The notes under the pieces were generated by a model, which saw only the letters and a program-made list of their open reading frames with translations, did not search any database and was not told the DNA's origin. The position numbers were made by a program, and so were the translations under genes. Below are positions 28,871 to 38,368 of a stretch of DNA of 64,000 bases, in pieces; the first letter of the stretch is position 1, and every line of letters starts with the position of its first letter. Source of the DNA: a virus; the IMG/VR virus record IMGVR_UViG_3300020162_001876, positions 32,001 through 96,000 of that record. One strand, 5' to 3'.

Positions 28871-30037
28871 ATGGCTAATTCACAAGTTTGGACAGGAACT
28901 GCTACTTTTATTCAAGGCGCAGCTACTCCATTTGGATTTTATGATAATGACTACCAATTTCAGATAGATGCTGTAAAAGTAGCAAAATTTTGTGCTCAAC
29001 GTTTAGGATATCCTTCAATGGATATTGAAATGGATAGTGGTTCATTCTTTGCTTGTTTTGAAGAAGCTGTAACAACATATGGCAATGAACTTTATTTATA
29101 TCAAATTAGAAATAATTTTATATCTTTAGAAGCTAATCCAAATCAAACTGTTTTAAACAACATTGTAATCCAACCTTCATTAGGAAATTTAATTAGAATA
29201 GCGTCTGATTATGGTAGTGAAGCGGGAGTAGGAGGACATACAAATTACTACTCAGGCTCATTGGATATGACAGCAGGTCAGCAAGATTATGACTTAACCG
29301 CTTGGGCTTCATCTTCAGGAGTAATATCAGGAAATGATTCAATTGAAATAAAAAATATTTTTTATGAAAATGCACCTGCTATTGTAAGATATTTTGACCC
29401 TTATGCGGGAACCGGATACGGTTCACAACAATTATTAGACGCTTTTGGATTTGGTAACCAATCCCCAGCTATTAACTTTATGTTAATGCCTCTTAACTAT
29501 GATCTTGCAACAATTCAAGCGATTGAATTAAATGATCAAATAAGAAGATCAGCATTTTCATTTAATATTGTAAATAATAAATTAAAAATATTTCCTATCC
29601 CTACTCATGATAAAAAACTATATTTTGAATATATCAAAGTATCAGAAAGAGACAGTGTTATACCAACTAGTGGCCCTGGATCTGGAGATAATTTAATTAC
29701 TGATATTTCAAATGTCCCTTATGAAAACCCAACTTATTCTAATATAAACGCTCCAGGTAGATATTGGATATTTGAATATACCCTAGCATTAGCAGCTGAA
29801 ACTCTAGCATTTATTAGAGGTAAATATACTCAAGTACCTATACCAGGCGCAGAAGTAACGTTAAATCAGGCAGATTTATTAGGAAAAGCTAAAGATCTAC
29901 AACTGGCGTTAATTGAAAAATTACGTTTAGATTTAGACGAAGCTTCACGTAAGATGCAATTAGAAAGAAAAAAAGCTGAAAATGATGCTATGCAATCTAC
30001 TTTACAGCAAATACCAATGAATATTTTTATAGGATAA
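28871..30037 (+). CDS. Neck protein (T4 gp13-like)
   Basis: RLGYP..DIE; WI.EYTLAL..E.L...RGKY...P.PG..VTLN. Confidence 0.8.
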   Translation: MANSQVWTGTATFIQGAATPFGFYDNDYQFQIDAVKVAKFCAQRLGYPSMDIEMDSGSFFACFEEAVTTYGNELYLYQIRNNFISLEANPNQTVLNNIVIQPSLGNLIRIASDYGSEAGVGGHTNYYSGSLDMTAGQQDYDLTAWASSSGVISGNDSIEIKNIFYENAPAIVRYFDPYAGTGYGSQQLLDAFGFGNQSPAINFMLMPLNYDLATIQAIELNDQIRRSAFSFNIVNNKLKIFPIPTHDKKLYFEYIKVSERDSVIPTSGPGSGDNLITDISNVPYENPTYSNINAPGRYWIFEYTLALAAETLAFIRGKYTQVPIPGAEVTLNQADLLGKAKDLQLALIEKLRLDLDEASRKMQLERKKAENDAMQSTLQQIPMNIFIG

Positions 30038-30038
30038 T

Positions 30039-30563
30039 ATGGCATATTTTGGAAGAAGTAGAGATATTAATACATTTACTAATATTAATAACGAATTATT
30101 AGGACAAGTAATTGAACAAAAAGTTGGTTACTATCAAGTTATTTTAGATGAAACTACACCTAATATTTATGGTGAAAGTACAAATAAAAAATATAATGGT
30201 CCTGTATTATTAACTTGTTTATTAGAAAGAGGTGATACAACTCCTATAACAGATGATTTTGGAATGGATTTTGAAAGAAAATTAACTGTAAGATTTTTTA
30301 AACCTCATTTAATAATAGCCAATGTAGAACCTTCGGTAGGTGATGTAATTTTATGGAATGAAGATTACTATGAAGTAAATAATGTTAATGAAAATCAATT
30401 AGTAGTTGGTAAAGATCCTGAATATGCTTATACAAGCCAAGATTTCGTCCCTGAAGCAGGTTCAAGTTTATCAATAATATTAGAATGTTTCTATATCCGC
30501 CCAGAAAAAGTTAATATCAGAGAAAATAGATACCCAGGTAATCCTGGTTCTTTAACAGTTTAA
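30039..30563 (+). CDS. Neck/head-closure protein (T4 gp14-like)
   Basis: N.YGE, FG.D, P.VGD.I motifs; gene order. Confidence 0.65.
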   Translation: MAYFGRSRDINTFTNINNELLGQVIEQKVGYYQVILDETTPNIYGESTNKKYNGPVLLTCLLERGDTTPITDDFGMDFERKLTVRFFKPHLIIANVEPSVGDVILWNEDYYEVNNVNENQLVVGKDPEYAYTSQDFVPEAGSSLSIILECFYIRPEKVNIRENRYPGNPGSLTV

Positions 30564-30572
30564 TAATTAATA

Positions 30573-31448
30573 ATGGAAATTAAACCACGTCCCATAAATA
30601 GAAGAGAATTCTTAACATCTCTTTCAGAACCCTACCAAGAACCGGAAGTGGCAATACAACCCTATACTAATCCTAATTCTAAAGAATCCTTAAATGCCCA
30701 ACCTGGACAACCTGAATTTAATAGAGCTTTAGAAACTTCATTAAAAAATGATGAAATTGCTACTATTAATATAGGATTAGAAGATCATGATAATGCTATT
30801 TTATATTATTTAAATAATGTTATAAAACCTACAGTAATTCAAAATGAAAGACAAATAGCAGTTCCAATTATATATGGTTCACCTGAAAGATGGAAGTCAA
30901 TTCAATATGATGGATTTTATCGTGATAAAAATGGAAAGACTATGGTTCCTTTAATTATGTTTAAAAGAGAATCATTTGAAAAGAATAGAACTTTAGGTAA
31001 TAAGTTAGATGGTAATGTAGTTCATAATGTTCAATATTTTGAAAAACAATATTCACAACGAAATGTATATGATAATTTTGACGTTTTAAATAATCAAAAA
31101 CCTCAAAAAGAATATATTTTAGGAATAATACCTGATTATATTACTTTAACTTATAAATTAAGCATTTTTACAGATTATATAGAGCAAATGAATCCTATAA
31201 TAGAAGCATTAGAATTCGCATCAGATTCATATTGGGGAGATCCACAAAAATATCAATTTAGAGCTATAATGAATTCTTTCCCTACTCCTGTATTATTAGA
31301 AAATAATACCGATAGAGCTAGCAAAAGTGAAATTACTTTAATTTTGCAGGGATATATTATACCTAATACTATAAATGTAGCTCAAGCAGGGCCTAATCCT
31401 AAATCATATAATGTTACAAAAACAATTTTTACTGAAAAAATAAAATAA
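30573..31448 (+). CDS. Tail sheath stabiliser/terminator (T4 gp15-like)
   Basis: VPIIYG.PERW; QMN.IIE; gene order. Confidence 0.65.
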   Translation: MEIKPRPINRREFLTSLSEPYQEPEVAIQPYTNPNSKESLNAQPGQPEFNRALETSLKNDEIATINIGLEDHDNAILYYLNNVIKPTVIQNERQIAVPIIYGSPERWKSIQYDGFYRDKNGKTMVPLIMFKRESFEKNRTLGNKLDGNVVHNVQYFEKQYSQRNVYDNFDVLNNQKPQKEYILGIIPDYITLTYKLSIFTDYIEQMNPIIEALEFASDSYWGDPQKYQFRAIMNSFPTPVLLENNTDRASKSEITLILQGYIIPNTINVAQAGPNPKSYNVTKTIFTEKIK

Positions 31449-31449
31449 A

Positions 31450-31839
31450 ATGGCAGCAGGAACATACAATATTACATTAGAACAAGGTTCAACAGTAGAT
31501 TTTCAAATCCAATATAAGGATTCAAATAATAGTCCTATTAATCTAACAGGATATGGAGCTGCTATGCAAATTAGAAGCAATTATGCTGATAATAACCCTA
31601 CAACTTACATAACTCTATCAAGTTCTTTAGCGACAGATGGAACAGGATTAAATATGGCCTCTTCAAGTACAGGATATATAGGAGTATTCATATCTGCCTG
31701 CTCATCATCAGCATTAAATTTTTCAAATGCTAGATATGATTTAGAAATATATTCAGGTAGTGTAGGTTCATGTCCTATAACTACACGTATTTTAGAAGGT
31801 CAAGTTTATTTAAGTAAAGAAACAACAAGATTTATATAA
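31450..31839 (+). CDS. Putative virion structural protein (fibre adaptor-like)
   Basis: YNITLEQGS...PINLTGY...YDLE...RILEG.V. Confidence 0.6.
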   Translation: MAAGTYNITLEQGSTVDFQIQYKDSNNSPINLTGYGAAMQIRSNYADNNPTTYITLSSSLATDGTGLNMASSSTGYIGVFISACSSSALNFSNARYDLEIYSGSVGSCPITTRILEGQVYLSKETTRFI

Positions 31840-33311
31840 TGTCTCAAGTAAATATAACATTAAATACTAACACAGTTGACATTAATACAACTAATAACCA
31901 AATAGTTGTAAATGATCCCTCTAATAATATAGTTAATGTAGTACAACCTGTCACTACAGTAGTAGAAGTAATTACTTCAGGACCACAAGGTCCACCAGGA
32001 ACTAGTTCTATAGCTGATACAGGTTCATTTGTAACAACTTCATCATTTAACGCTTTTACTTCATCTTACAATACAGGAAGTTTTACAGGAAGTTTTACAG
32101 GTTCTTTATTTGGTACATCTTCTTGGGCACAAAACTCAATATCTTCTTCATATCCATTAACAGTAATAGGAAGTAGTTTATTCTCAACTTATGCTCCAGG
32201 AGGAGGTAGCACAACTGGAAGTATTTATATTGGCAGTTCTGCCGGCGGCAATGCCGGAAGATCCAACTACTCAAACTTTATAGGTCAACAAGCTGGGCAA
32301 TTAGCAACAAGTGCCAGCAACTCAAACTTCATAGGTCAAAATGCTGGTACTTTTGCTTCAAATGCTAATAATTCAAACTTTTTAGGTTGGGAAGCTGGCT
32401 ATTCTGCATCATCTGCTAATAATTCAAACTTTTTAGGTAATCAAGCTGGTGATAGGGCACCAAATGCTAACAACTCAAACTTCTTAGGTAATCAAGCTGG
32501 TAAATTTGCAACGACTGCTCAATACTCAAACTTTTTTGGTGCTGGTGCTGGCTATTCTTCATCAACTGCTTATCATTCAAACTTTTTAGGAAACAATGCT
32601 GGATTTCAAGTAAGATCTGGTTACTACTCAAACTTTATGGGTCAAAATGCTGGATTTCAAGCTACAAATGCTGCATATTCAAACTTTATAGGTCATCAAG
32701 CTGGTTTTCAATCAACATATGCAAACAATTCAAACTTTTTTGGTGCTGGTGCTGGCGGGGCTGCAACAGATGCTGCATATTCAAACTTTATAGGTCATCA
32801 AGCTGGTTATAGCGCTACAAATGCTAGCTATTCAACATTAATAGGCTATAGCGTAGGATCAAGTCTCAATTCTGTTAATACTAAAATTGGTGCAAACAAT
32901 ATTATAATAGGTACTAATATTACCTTGGCAAGAGATATATCGAACGCAATTAATTTAGGAGGAATTATATTTGCAACCGGTTCATATTCAGCAATTACAG
33001 GAAACCCATACTCAGGTTCACAATTTGGAACAGGTAGGGTAGGTATAAATGTAGTAAATCCAACATATACTTTAGAGGTAGGAGGAACAGTGGCATTTCC
33101 AAATATATCAAATGCAGCCCATCCAGATGTACTTTACCGTAGTCAAATAAATGGTGAGATAACATATGGAGCAGCACCATCAGCAGCAACCACAGCAAGC
33201 GTAAATCAAATAAACACCCCAAACACTAGTAATGTCTTTATAAGACCTCAAGAACTAGACCAAAGTAAATTTGCAACACATAATATTTATAATAATTTAA
33301 ACTTTACATAA
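31839..33311 (+). CDS. Fibre/adhesin-like protein with 17-aa SNFxGxxAG repeats
   Basis: Short GPQGPPG, TGSFTGSLFGT, about 11 repeats, GRVGIN.VNP. Confidence 0.75.
   Translation: MSQVNITLNTNTVDINTTNNQIVVNDPSNNIVNVVQPVTTVVEVITSGPQGPPGTSSIADTGSFVTTSSFNAFTSSYNTGSFTGSFTGSLFGTSSWAQNSISSSYPLTVIGSSLFSTYAPGGGSTTGSIYIGSSAGGNAGRSNYSNFIGQQAGQLATSASNSNFIGQNAGTFASNANNSNFLGWEAGYSASSANNSNFLGNQAGDRAPNANNSNFLGNQAGKFATTAQYSNFFGAGAGYSSSTAYHSNFLGNNAGFQVRSGYYSNFMGQNAGFQATNAAYSNFIGHQAGFQSTYANNSNFFGAGAGGAATDAAYSNFIGHQAGYSATNASYSTLIGYSVGSSLNSVNTKIGANNIIIGTNITLARDISNAINLGGIIFATGSYSAITGNPYSGSQFGTGRVGINVVNPTYTLEVGGTVAFPNISNAAHPDVLYRSQINGEITYGAAPSAATTASVNQINTPNTSNVFIRPQELDQSKFATHNIYNNLNFT
32264..32855 (+). repeat. Tandem 51-bp coding repeats (about 11 plus one degenerate)
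   Basis: Recurrent TCAAACTTT/C...GGT...GCTGG at 51-bp period. Confidence 0.85.
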
Positions 33312-33784
33312 TGGCCGGAGTAATATTAAACAAACAACCTATATTCACAGCAACACCTTTATTGATTACAAATCAAATTGATCCACAAATACCATCAACA
33401 CTCAGACAACCTGGAATAGATAACTATACTACAATTTATACAGATGCAAGTGATTATGGTTCTCTAATTACTAAAGTAACAGTTGTATCAACTGGTTTAG
33501 TTGGAGATACTGTTACAACTAAGGTAATTTATTTAGGTATAGTAGATACTACCTCTGGTGTAGCATCACTATACCAATCTAAAGTAATGACTGGTATAAG
33601 TGGTTTAACTTCAAATGATATAGTACCATATGTTACTTTTGAATTTGGTGGAGGATTAGTTATGAATAAAAATAAGGGATATCGATTAGTTATAGCCGCT
33701 AGTACTAATAATGATACTACTAGCGAAGCAGGAGACCAAATCAGTGTAATAGTAGAAGGTGGAACATACGACCAACCAGCATAA
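33311..33784 (+). CDS. Putative structural protein
   Basis: ORF track; in fibre operon. Confidence 0.6.
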   Translation: MAGVILNKQPIFTATPLLITNQIDPQIPSTLRQPGIDNYTTIYTDASDYGSLITKVTVVSTGLVGDTVTTKVIYLGIVDTTSGVASLYQSKVMTGISGLTSNDIVPYVTFEFGGGLVMNKNKGYRLVIAASTNNDTTSEAGDQISVIVEGGTYDQPA

Positions 33785-33793
33785 TAAAATCAA

Positions 33794-35008
33794 ATGAACA
33801 ACGGATTTTACGAATTTTCTCGAGGTAAGCAAGAAACTGCTACAACTTCTTCGGTATTTCCATATACCGGATCAGCTATTATTACTGGTTCATTAACAAT
33901 AACAGGATCATTAGAAATAACAGGATCTTTAGATGTAAGTGGAATTATAACAGGTTCATTATTTGGAACAGCATCATTTGCTGCATCAAGCTCGCAAGCT
34001 GTTACCGCATCATATGCTTTGAATGGAGGAGTAACACAACTACTGGCAGGACCTAACATCACTCTAGCCCCTACTAACGGATTAGGGCAAGTTACAATTA
34101 GTGCAGCAGGTAGTGGTGGTTCAAGTTTCAATACTGCAACTGGATCTTATGGATCATTCTATAGTACATCCTCACAAACAAATCCAGTAGCAAACATACC
34201 TCGTTCAATGTCTCTTAACGAAACATATATTACAAATGGAGTATCAGTATCAGGTTCAACAAATCCTTTTAACACTTACATTAAAACAGAAAATGCAGGT
34301 GTGTATAATATACAATTTTCTGCTCAATTAGACAAAACTGATGCAGGAAAAGATGAGATATTAATATGGCTTAGAAAAAATGGAATTGATCTAACTGATA
34401 CTGCTACCACTGTAACATTGACTAATAATAATGATAAGGTTGTTGCTGCTTGGAACTGGTTTACAAATTCAGCAGCAAATGATTATTACCAAATCATGTG
34501 GTTATCTAATGATACTAATATAAGATTACTTGCTGAACCAATCTCAGAAACACATCCAGGTATCCCTTCTGTAATAGTAACAGTAAATAGAGTAGACCAA
34601 TTCTTATCAAATACAGGTTCATTCTCAGGTTCATTTACAGGACAGTTTACAGGTTCATTATTTGGTACAGCTTCTTATGCATTGAATGCTTCAACAGCAT
34701 CTTTTGCTCCTTCATATTTACCAATCACTCTCCCTCAAACTACAGGATTAACAATTTCATTTACTCAAGATAGAGTGTACGGAACCTACTCATCACCTGA
34801 AACAGGAGGTAGTATAACATCTAATACAGGGTCAGCTATTTTAGGAGTTACAAACCTAATAATCCACAGCTCATCAGTAGCTCCAACTTTAGGATCTGAT
34901 TTTAAAAAATTAACAGGAAGTTCTAATTACGTAGCAGGACTAAACTACATCTATTGTACATACATTACAGATAATGAAATTATTTATTCAATAAATCAAG
35001 CAACATAG
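33794..35008 (+). CDS. Putative fibre protein with TGSLFGTAS motifs
   Basis: Repeated TGS/GTAS motifs; GVYNIQFSAQL domain. Confidence 0.65.
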   Translation: MNNGFYEFSRGKQETATTSSVFPYTGSAIITGSLTITGSLEITGSLDVSGIITGSLFGTASFAASSSQAVTASYALNGGVTQLLAGPNITLAPTNGLGQVTISAAGSGGSSFNTATGSYGSFYSTSSQTNPVANIPRSMSLNETYITNGVSVSGSTNPFNTYIKTENAGVYNIQFSAQLDKTDAGKDEILIWLRKNGIDLTDTATTVTLTNNNDKVVAAWNWFTNSAANDYYQIMWLSNDTNIRLLAEPISETHPGIPSVIVTVNRVDQFLSNTGSFSGSFTGQFTGSLFGTASYALNASTASFAPSYLPITLPQTTGLTISFTQDRVYGTYSSPETGGSITSNTGSAILGVTNLIIHSSSVAPTLGSDFKKLTGSSNYVAGLNYIYCTYITDNEIIYSINQAT

Positions 35009-35011
35009 GTT

Positions 35012-36943
35012 ATGGGATTAAGAAGAGTAATGCTCTTTACATTAGGAGCAAAAATAAAGAACTTAGTACAAGCTTTTAAAACTCGAGTATTAGGTGATGG
35101 TAGTTTATTTGAAGCAGAGAGTTGTTTAGAAACCCAATTAAATGTAATAAATGACGAGGGGTTACTAGACTCCGCAAGTTTAGTTATAACACCAAATGGT
35201 TATGAGGAAAATGTATTATATAGTGTTATCCCAAATGATGGAACAACAGATTTAACTTTTACAAGAGCAACAACAGCAATAAGAGTTAATAATAATCACT
35301 TAGTGGAGTTTGTTCCTTATAATATATTTAGTAGAAGTGAAGAGTTTGAGAACGGTTATTGGACTAAACAGGGTACATCAGTAACATCGAACAGTATGGA
35401 AGCACCTGATGGTACAATGACGGCTGATAGTATTATAGGAACATCAGGTAGAGCATATGCATATAATGGTGGAGTAGCGACAAATATTGTTTCAAGTGCT
35501 CTTACTAATAGAAATGAGGTGACGGTTTCTTTCTATTTAAAATATAAAGGATTAAATAGGATTAGAGTTATGTATGGGAATACTACTTCTATAAACAGTT
35601 ATAGATATATAACAGTTAATTTAGAAAATGGGAGTCTTATAGACAATTCCGCAAATATAACCAATCCCTTTATTGAATCTGTTGAAGGGGGTTGGTATAG
35701 AGTTGGATTTAGTAGTATTATGAATGTAGGAACTACCAATAATAGATTTGCTGTTGGTTTAGGAGATACAACAAAAACTACTGGTGATGGTGTTGACGGA
35801 GTTTATATGTGGGGTGCTCAATTAGTAGATGGGGACCAAGCTAAAGAATATTTCAGAGTAACAAACGGATTTAACGTGCCAAGACTTGATTACATATCTG
35901 GATCTGAATGTCCTACACTCCTTACTGAACCACAACTTACAAATAGTTGGACTAATAACAATGTTACAACTGGATATACTACCAATACAAATGCTATTAA
36001 AGGTGCTACTATTTCTAATGCTTTTGGAGAAGGGTTTGATGGGTTTGAGTATAATTTTATTGGTGGTGCAAGTTTTATAGCATCTTCTACTAATATTAGA
36101 GTTTTTGATACAAGAAATTTACCAGTACAAAGACTATGTTTATATGTTAAAGCACCATCATCTGATTTTTTTGGAATTCAATATTCAAATGTTGGGCAAG
36201 TTATATATAAATTTTCAACTTTAGAAGTAAGCAATAGTACTATTGGTGCAATTAAAAAGATAAATAATGACACCTATGCTCTATACATACACACTGATAC
36301 AGCAGTAACGAGTCAGTTTTCACAAGTTAGGGTAGCATTCGTGACATCTCTAACAAATGATGATAATATTGATGGTAGTGCTATTTTAGGTTTAGCATAT
36401 TATCAAGGAGCAGCAACAGGTACTACACTACCTCTAACTTATAACCCAATAATAACAGGCGCATCATCAGTTACAAAAAACGCTGAAACTCTCACTAAGA
36501 CAGGTATTGAAAATCTCATAGGTCAAACAGAAGGTACTTTGTTAGTTAAGGGATACCAGTTCGATAGAGGTATTGTTTTAAGGATAAGGAACAGTGGAAG
36601 TACAACACTTAACAGAATTGCAATATTCTGTTCAAGTAATTCTGGTGTAGTTGAATGTGCTATAACTAAAAATGGTACACCTGTAAATTCAGGTACTTCG
36701 ACATCACCAATTGTTTTTAAAAAAAATATTGCCTTTGTTTATTCAAATTTAGGTTTTAAAGTTTTTATAAATGGTGCTATAATTTTTACGCACACATACG
36801 CAACACCAACAGATTTTACCGCAGCATTAGATACATTAGACTTAGGTTCTGTGTCTGAAAGAGCTACCGCTAGATTTGAATTAGTGGCTTTATGGAAAAC
36901 ACAATTAACAGATGAACAAGCAATACAATTAACTACATTATGA
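35012..36943 (+). CDS. Putative fibre/spike protein; fused paralogue of 26371..27788
   Basis: LLDSASLVITPN, FTRATTA.R, GWYR, WGAQL. Confidence 0.7.
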   Translation: MGLRRVMLFTLGAKIKNLVQAFKTRVLGDGSLFEAESCLETQLNVINDEGLLDSASLVITPNGYEENVLYSVIPNDGTTDLTFTRATTAIRVNNNHLVEFVPYNIFSRSEEFENGYWTKQGTSVTSNSMEAPDGTMTADSIIGTSGRAYAYNGGVATNIVSSALTNRNEVTVSFYLKYKGLNRIRVMYGNTTSINSYRYITVNLENGSLIDNSANITNPFIESVEGGWYRVGFSSIMNVGTTNNRFAVGLGDTTKTTGDGVDGVYMWGAQLVDGDQAKEYFRVTNGFNVPRLDYISGSECPTLLTEPQLTNSWTNNNVTTGYTTNTNAIKGATISNAFGEGFDGFEYNFIGGASFIASSTNIRVFDTRNLPVQRLCLYVKAPSSDFFGIQYSNVGQVIYKFSTLEVSNSTIGAIKKINNDTYALYIHTDTAVTSQFSQVRVAFVTSLTNDDNIDGSAILGLAYYQGAATGTTLPLTYNPIITGASSVTKNAETLTKTGIENLIGQTEGTLLVKGYQFDRGIVLRIRNSGSTTLNRIAIFCSSNSGVVECAITKNGTPVNSGTSTSPIVFKKNIAFVYSNLGFKVFINGAIIFTHTYATPTDFTAALDTLDLGSVSERATARFELVALWKTQLTDEQAIQLTTL

Positions 36944-37254
36944 TAAAGATATCTAAATTAAAATATGATGATAGAGAATCAGGTATAAACGATTTAATAA
37001 ATAAGGAAGTTATAGATAGTGACGGAGTGTTTGGTACAGGTATAAATGCTGTAGTAGAAGTTGGTAGAATACTATTATTAGATGGGGTTTGTGATGATGA
37101 AGGAAACGAGGTTGAACCAACTCAATATTATGATGGGTACCACTTTGATGTAATGAGTGAAAGAGAAATAATATTTGAAAATGAAATACAAGTTAATAAC
37201 CCAAAACATATGTTTGCAGGATATGAAAATTATGACAATCAAATAAATGAATAA
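36940..37254 (+). CDS. Small fibre-associated protein; paralogue of 27790..28080
   Basis: KLKY.D, GYHFDVMS, NNPKH.F. Confidence 0.7.
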   Translation: MIKISKLKYDDRESGINDLINKEVIDSDGVFGTGINAVVEVGRILLLDGVCDDEGNEVEPTQYYDGYHFDVMSEREIIFENEIQVNNPKHMFAGYENYDNQINE

Positions 37255-37516
37255 AATGAAAAAGAAATTATATAATATATTACCAAAATTTATTACCACT
37301 TTAAAACATGGTGATAAAATTGCACATACACTTTACGGAACCTTATTCTACTTAATATTATTATTTATAGTAGGGCCTCATATTTCCTTATTTCTTACAT
37401 GGGCCCTAGCTGTCGGAGTAGAGATATATGATACAAAAACCCATAAAGGAGACATAGTAGACTTTTTATCTACAATAATTTTACCAACTCTAATATATTT
37501 ATTAACAAATCAATAA
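37247..37516 (+). CDS. Small membrane protein (VanZ-like DK..H motif)
   Basis: DKIAH followed by hydrophobic helices, E.YD. Confidence 0.55.
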   Translation: MNKMKKKLYNILPKFITTLKHGDKIAHTLYGTLFYLILLFIVGPHISLFLTWALAVGVEIYDTKTHKGDIVDFLSTIILPTLIYLLTNQ

Positions 37517-37525
37517 AATTATAAT

Positions 37526-38032
37526 ATGAGTACAATTAGTACATCCGGTATATCAGTCTCTCAAGTAATCCGAGCAGAACATTTATTAAGAATAATAGGA
37601 GCATTAAATGGTACTCTTAATAATACTATAATACTATCAGGTTCCCTTTCAGTAACGGGTTCAGCCACTTTTAATAGTGGTATAACCGGATCATTACAAG
37701 GTACAGCATCATTTGCTTTAACCTCTTCAATAACTACAGCGATAACAGGTAGTACAGGGTACATCCCGATGTTTACTGGAAGTAGAGCTTTAAAAAATTC
37801 TAATATATATCAAGATAAGGACGGTAGAGTAGGTATAGGAATAAGTGAACCACAATCATGTGCTTCTTTAGAAATAAGTTCATATGACAGTAAAGCAGGA
37901 TTGATACTACCAATAGTTGAAAGTACAGGATCTATTAATTTACCTGCTAGAGGGTTAATGGTATTTGATATAAGTGTAAAGAAAGTAGCAGTATATGAAA
38001 GCTCAACTTGGAAATACTTAGCATTTCAGTAA
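37526..38032 (+). CDS. Putative structural protein
   Basis: TGSLQGTAS; GRVGIG..P...LEI.S...GLILP. Confidence 0.6.
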   Translation: MSTISTSGISVSQVIRAEHLLRIIGALNGTLNNTIILSGSLSVTGSATFNSGITGSLQGTASFALTSSITTAITGSTGYIPMFTGSRALKNSNIYQDKDGRVGIGISEPQSCASLEISSYDSKAGLILPIVESTGSINLPARGLMVFDISVKKVAVYESSTWKYLAFQ

Positions 38033-38047
38033 TAAATAAATAACGTT

Positions 38048-38299
38048 ATGATAAAACCAACAAAATTAAAACAAGAAGAATTACAAGAGTTACAAGATTT
38101 TCAACAAAAATCTGAATTTTTAATTTCACAACTAGGTCAATTACAATTTAAAAAATTGCAAATTGAAAAAGAAGAATTAATTTTAAAAAATTCTTTTGAC
38201 CATATTACTAAATTAGAAACTGAATTAAGTGAAAAACTTAAAACATTATATGGTGATGTTCAAATAGATTTAAAAACAGGTGAAATAATATATTCCTAA
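38048..38299 (+). CDS. Small coiled-coil protein (fibre chaperone-like)
   Basis: Heptad pattern; ends YG...IDL.TGEI. Confidence 0.6.
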   Translation: MIKPTKLKQEELQELQDFQQKSEFLISQLGQLQFKKLQIEKEELILKNSFDHITKLETELSEKLKTLYGDVQIDLKTGEIIYS

Positions 38300-38323
38300 A
38301 ATATAGGTTTTGAGCCCTTTTTT

Positions 38324-38332
38324 AATATTTAT
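38324..38332 (+). promoter_or_regulatory. Putative late promoter AATATTTAT
   Basis: Recurrent intergenic motif. Confidence 0.55.
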
Positions 38333-38368
38333 TATCAAATGATTAACAATAAAACTAAATAAATAAAA

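Noticed and set aside
32264-32855. Regular repeats as a possible CRISPR array or DGR template
   Set aside because: Period is 51 bp in frame, repeats are degenerate at codon third positions, and no cas or reverse transcriptase gene is present
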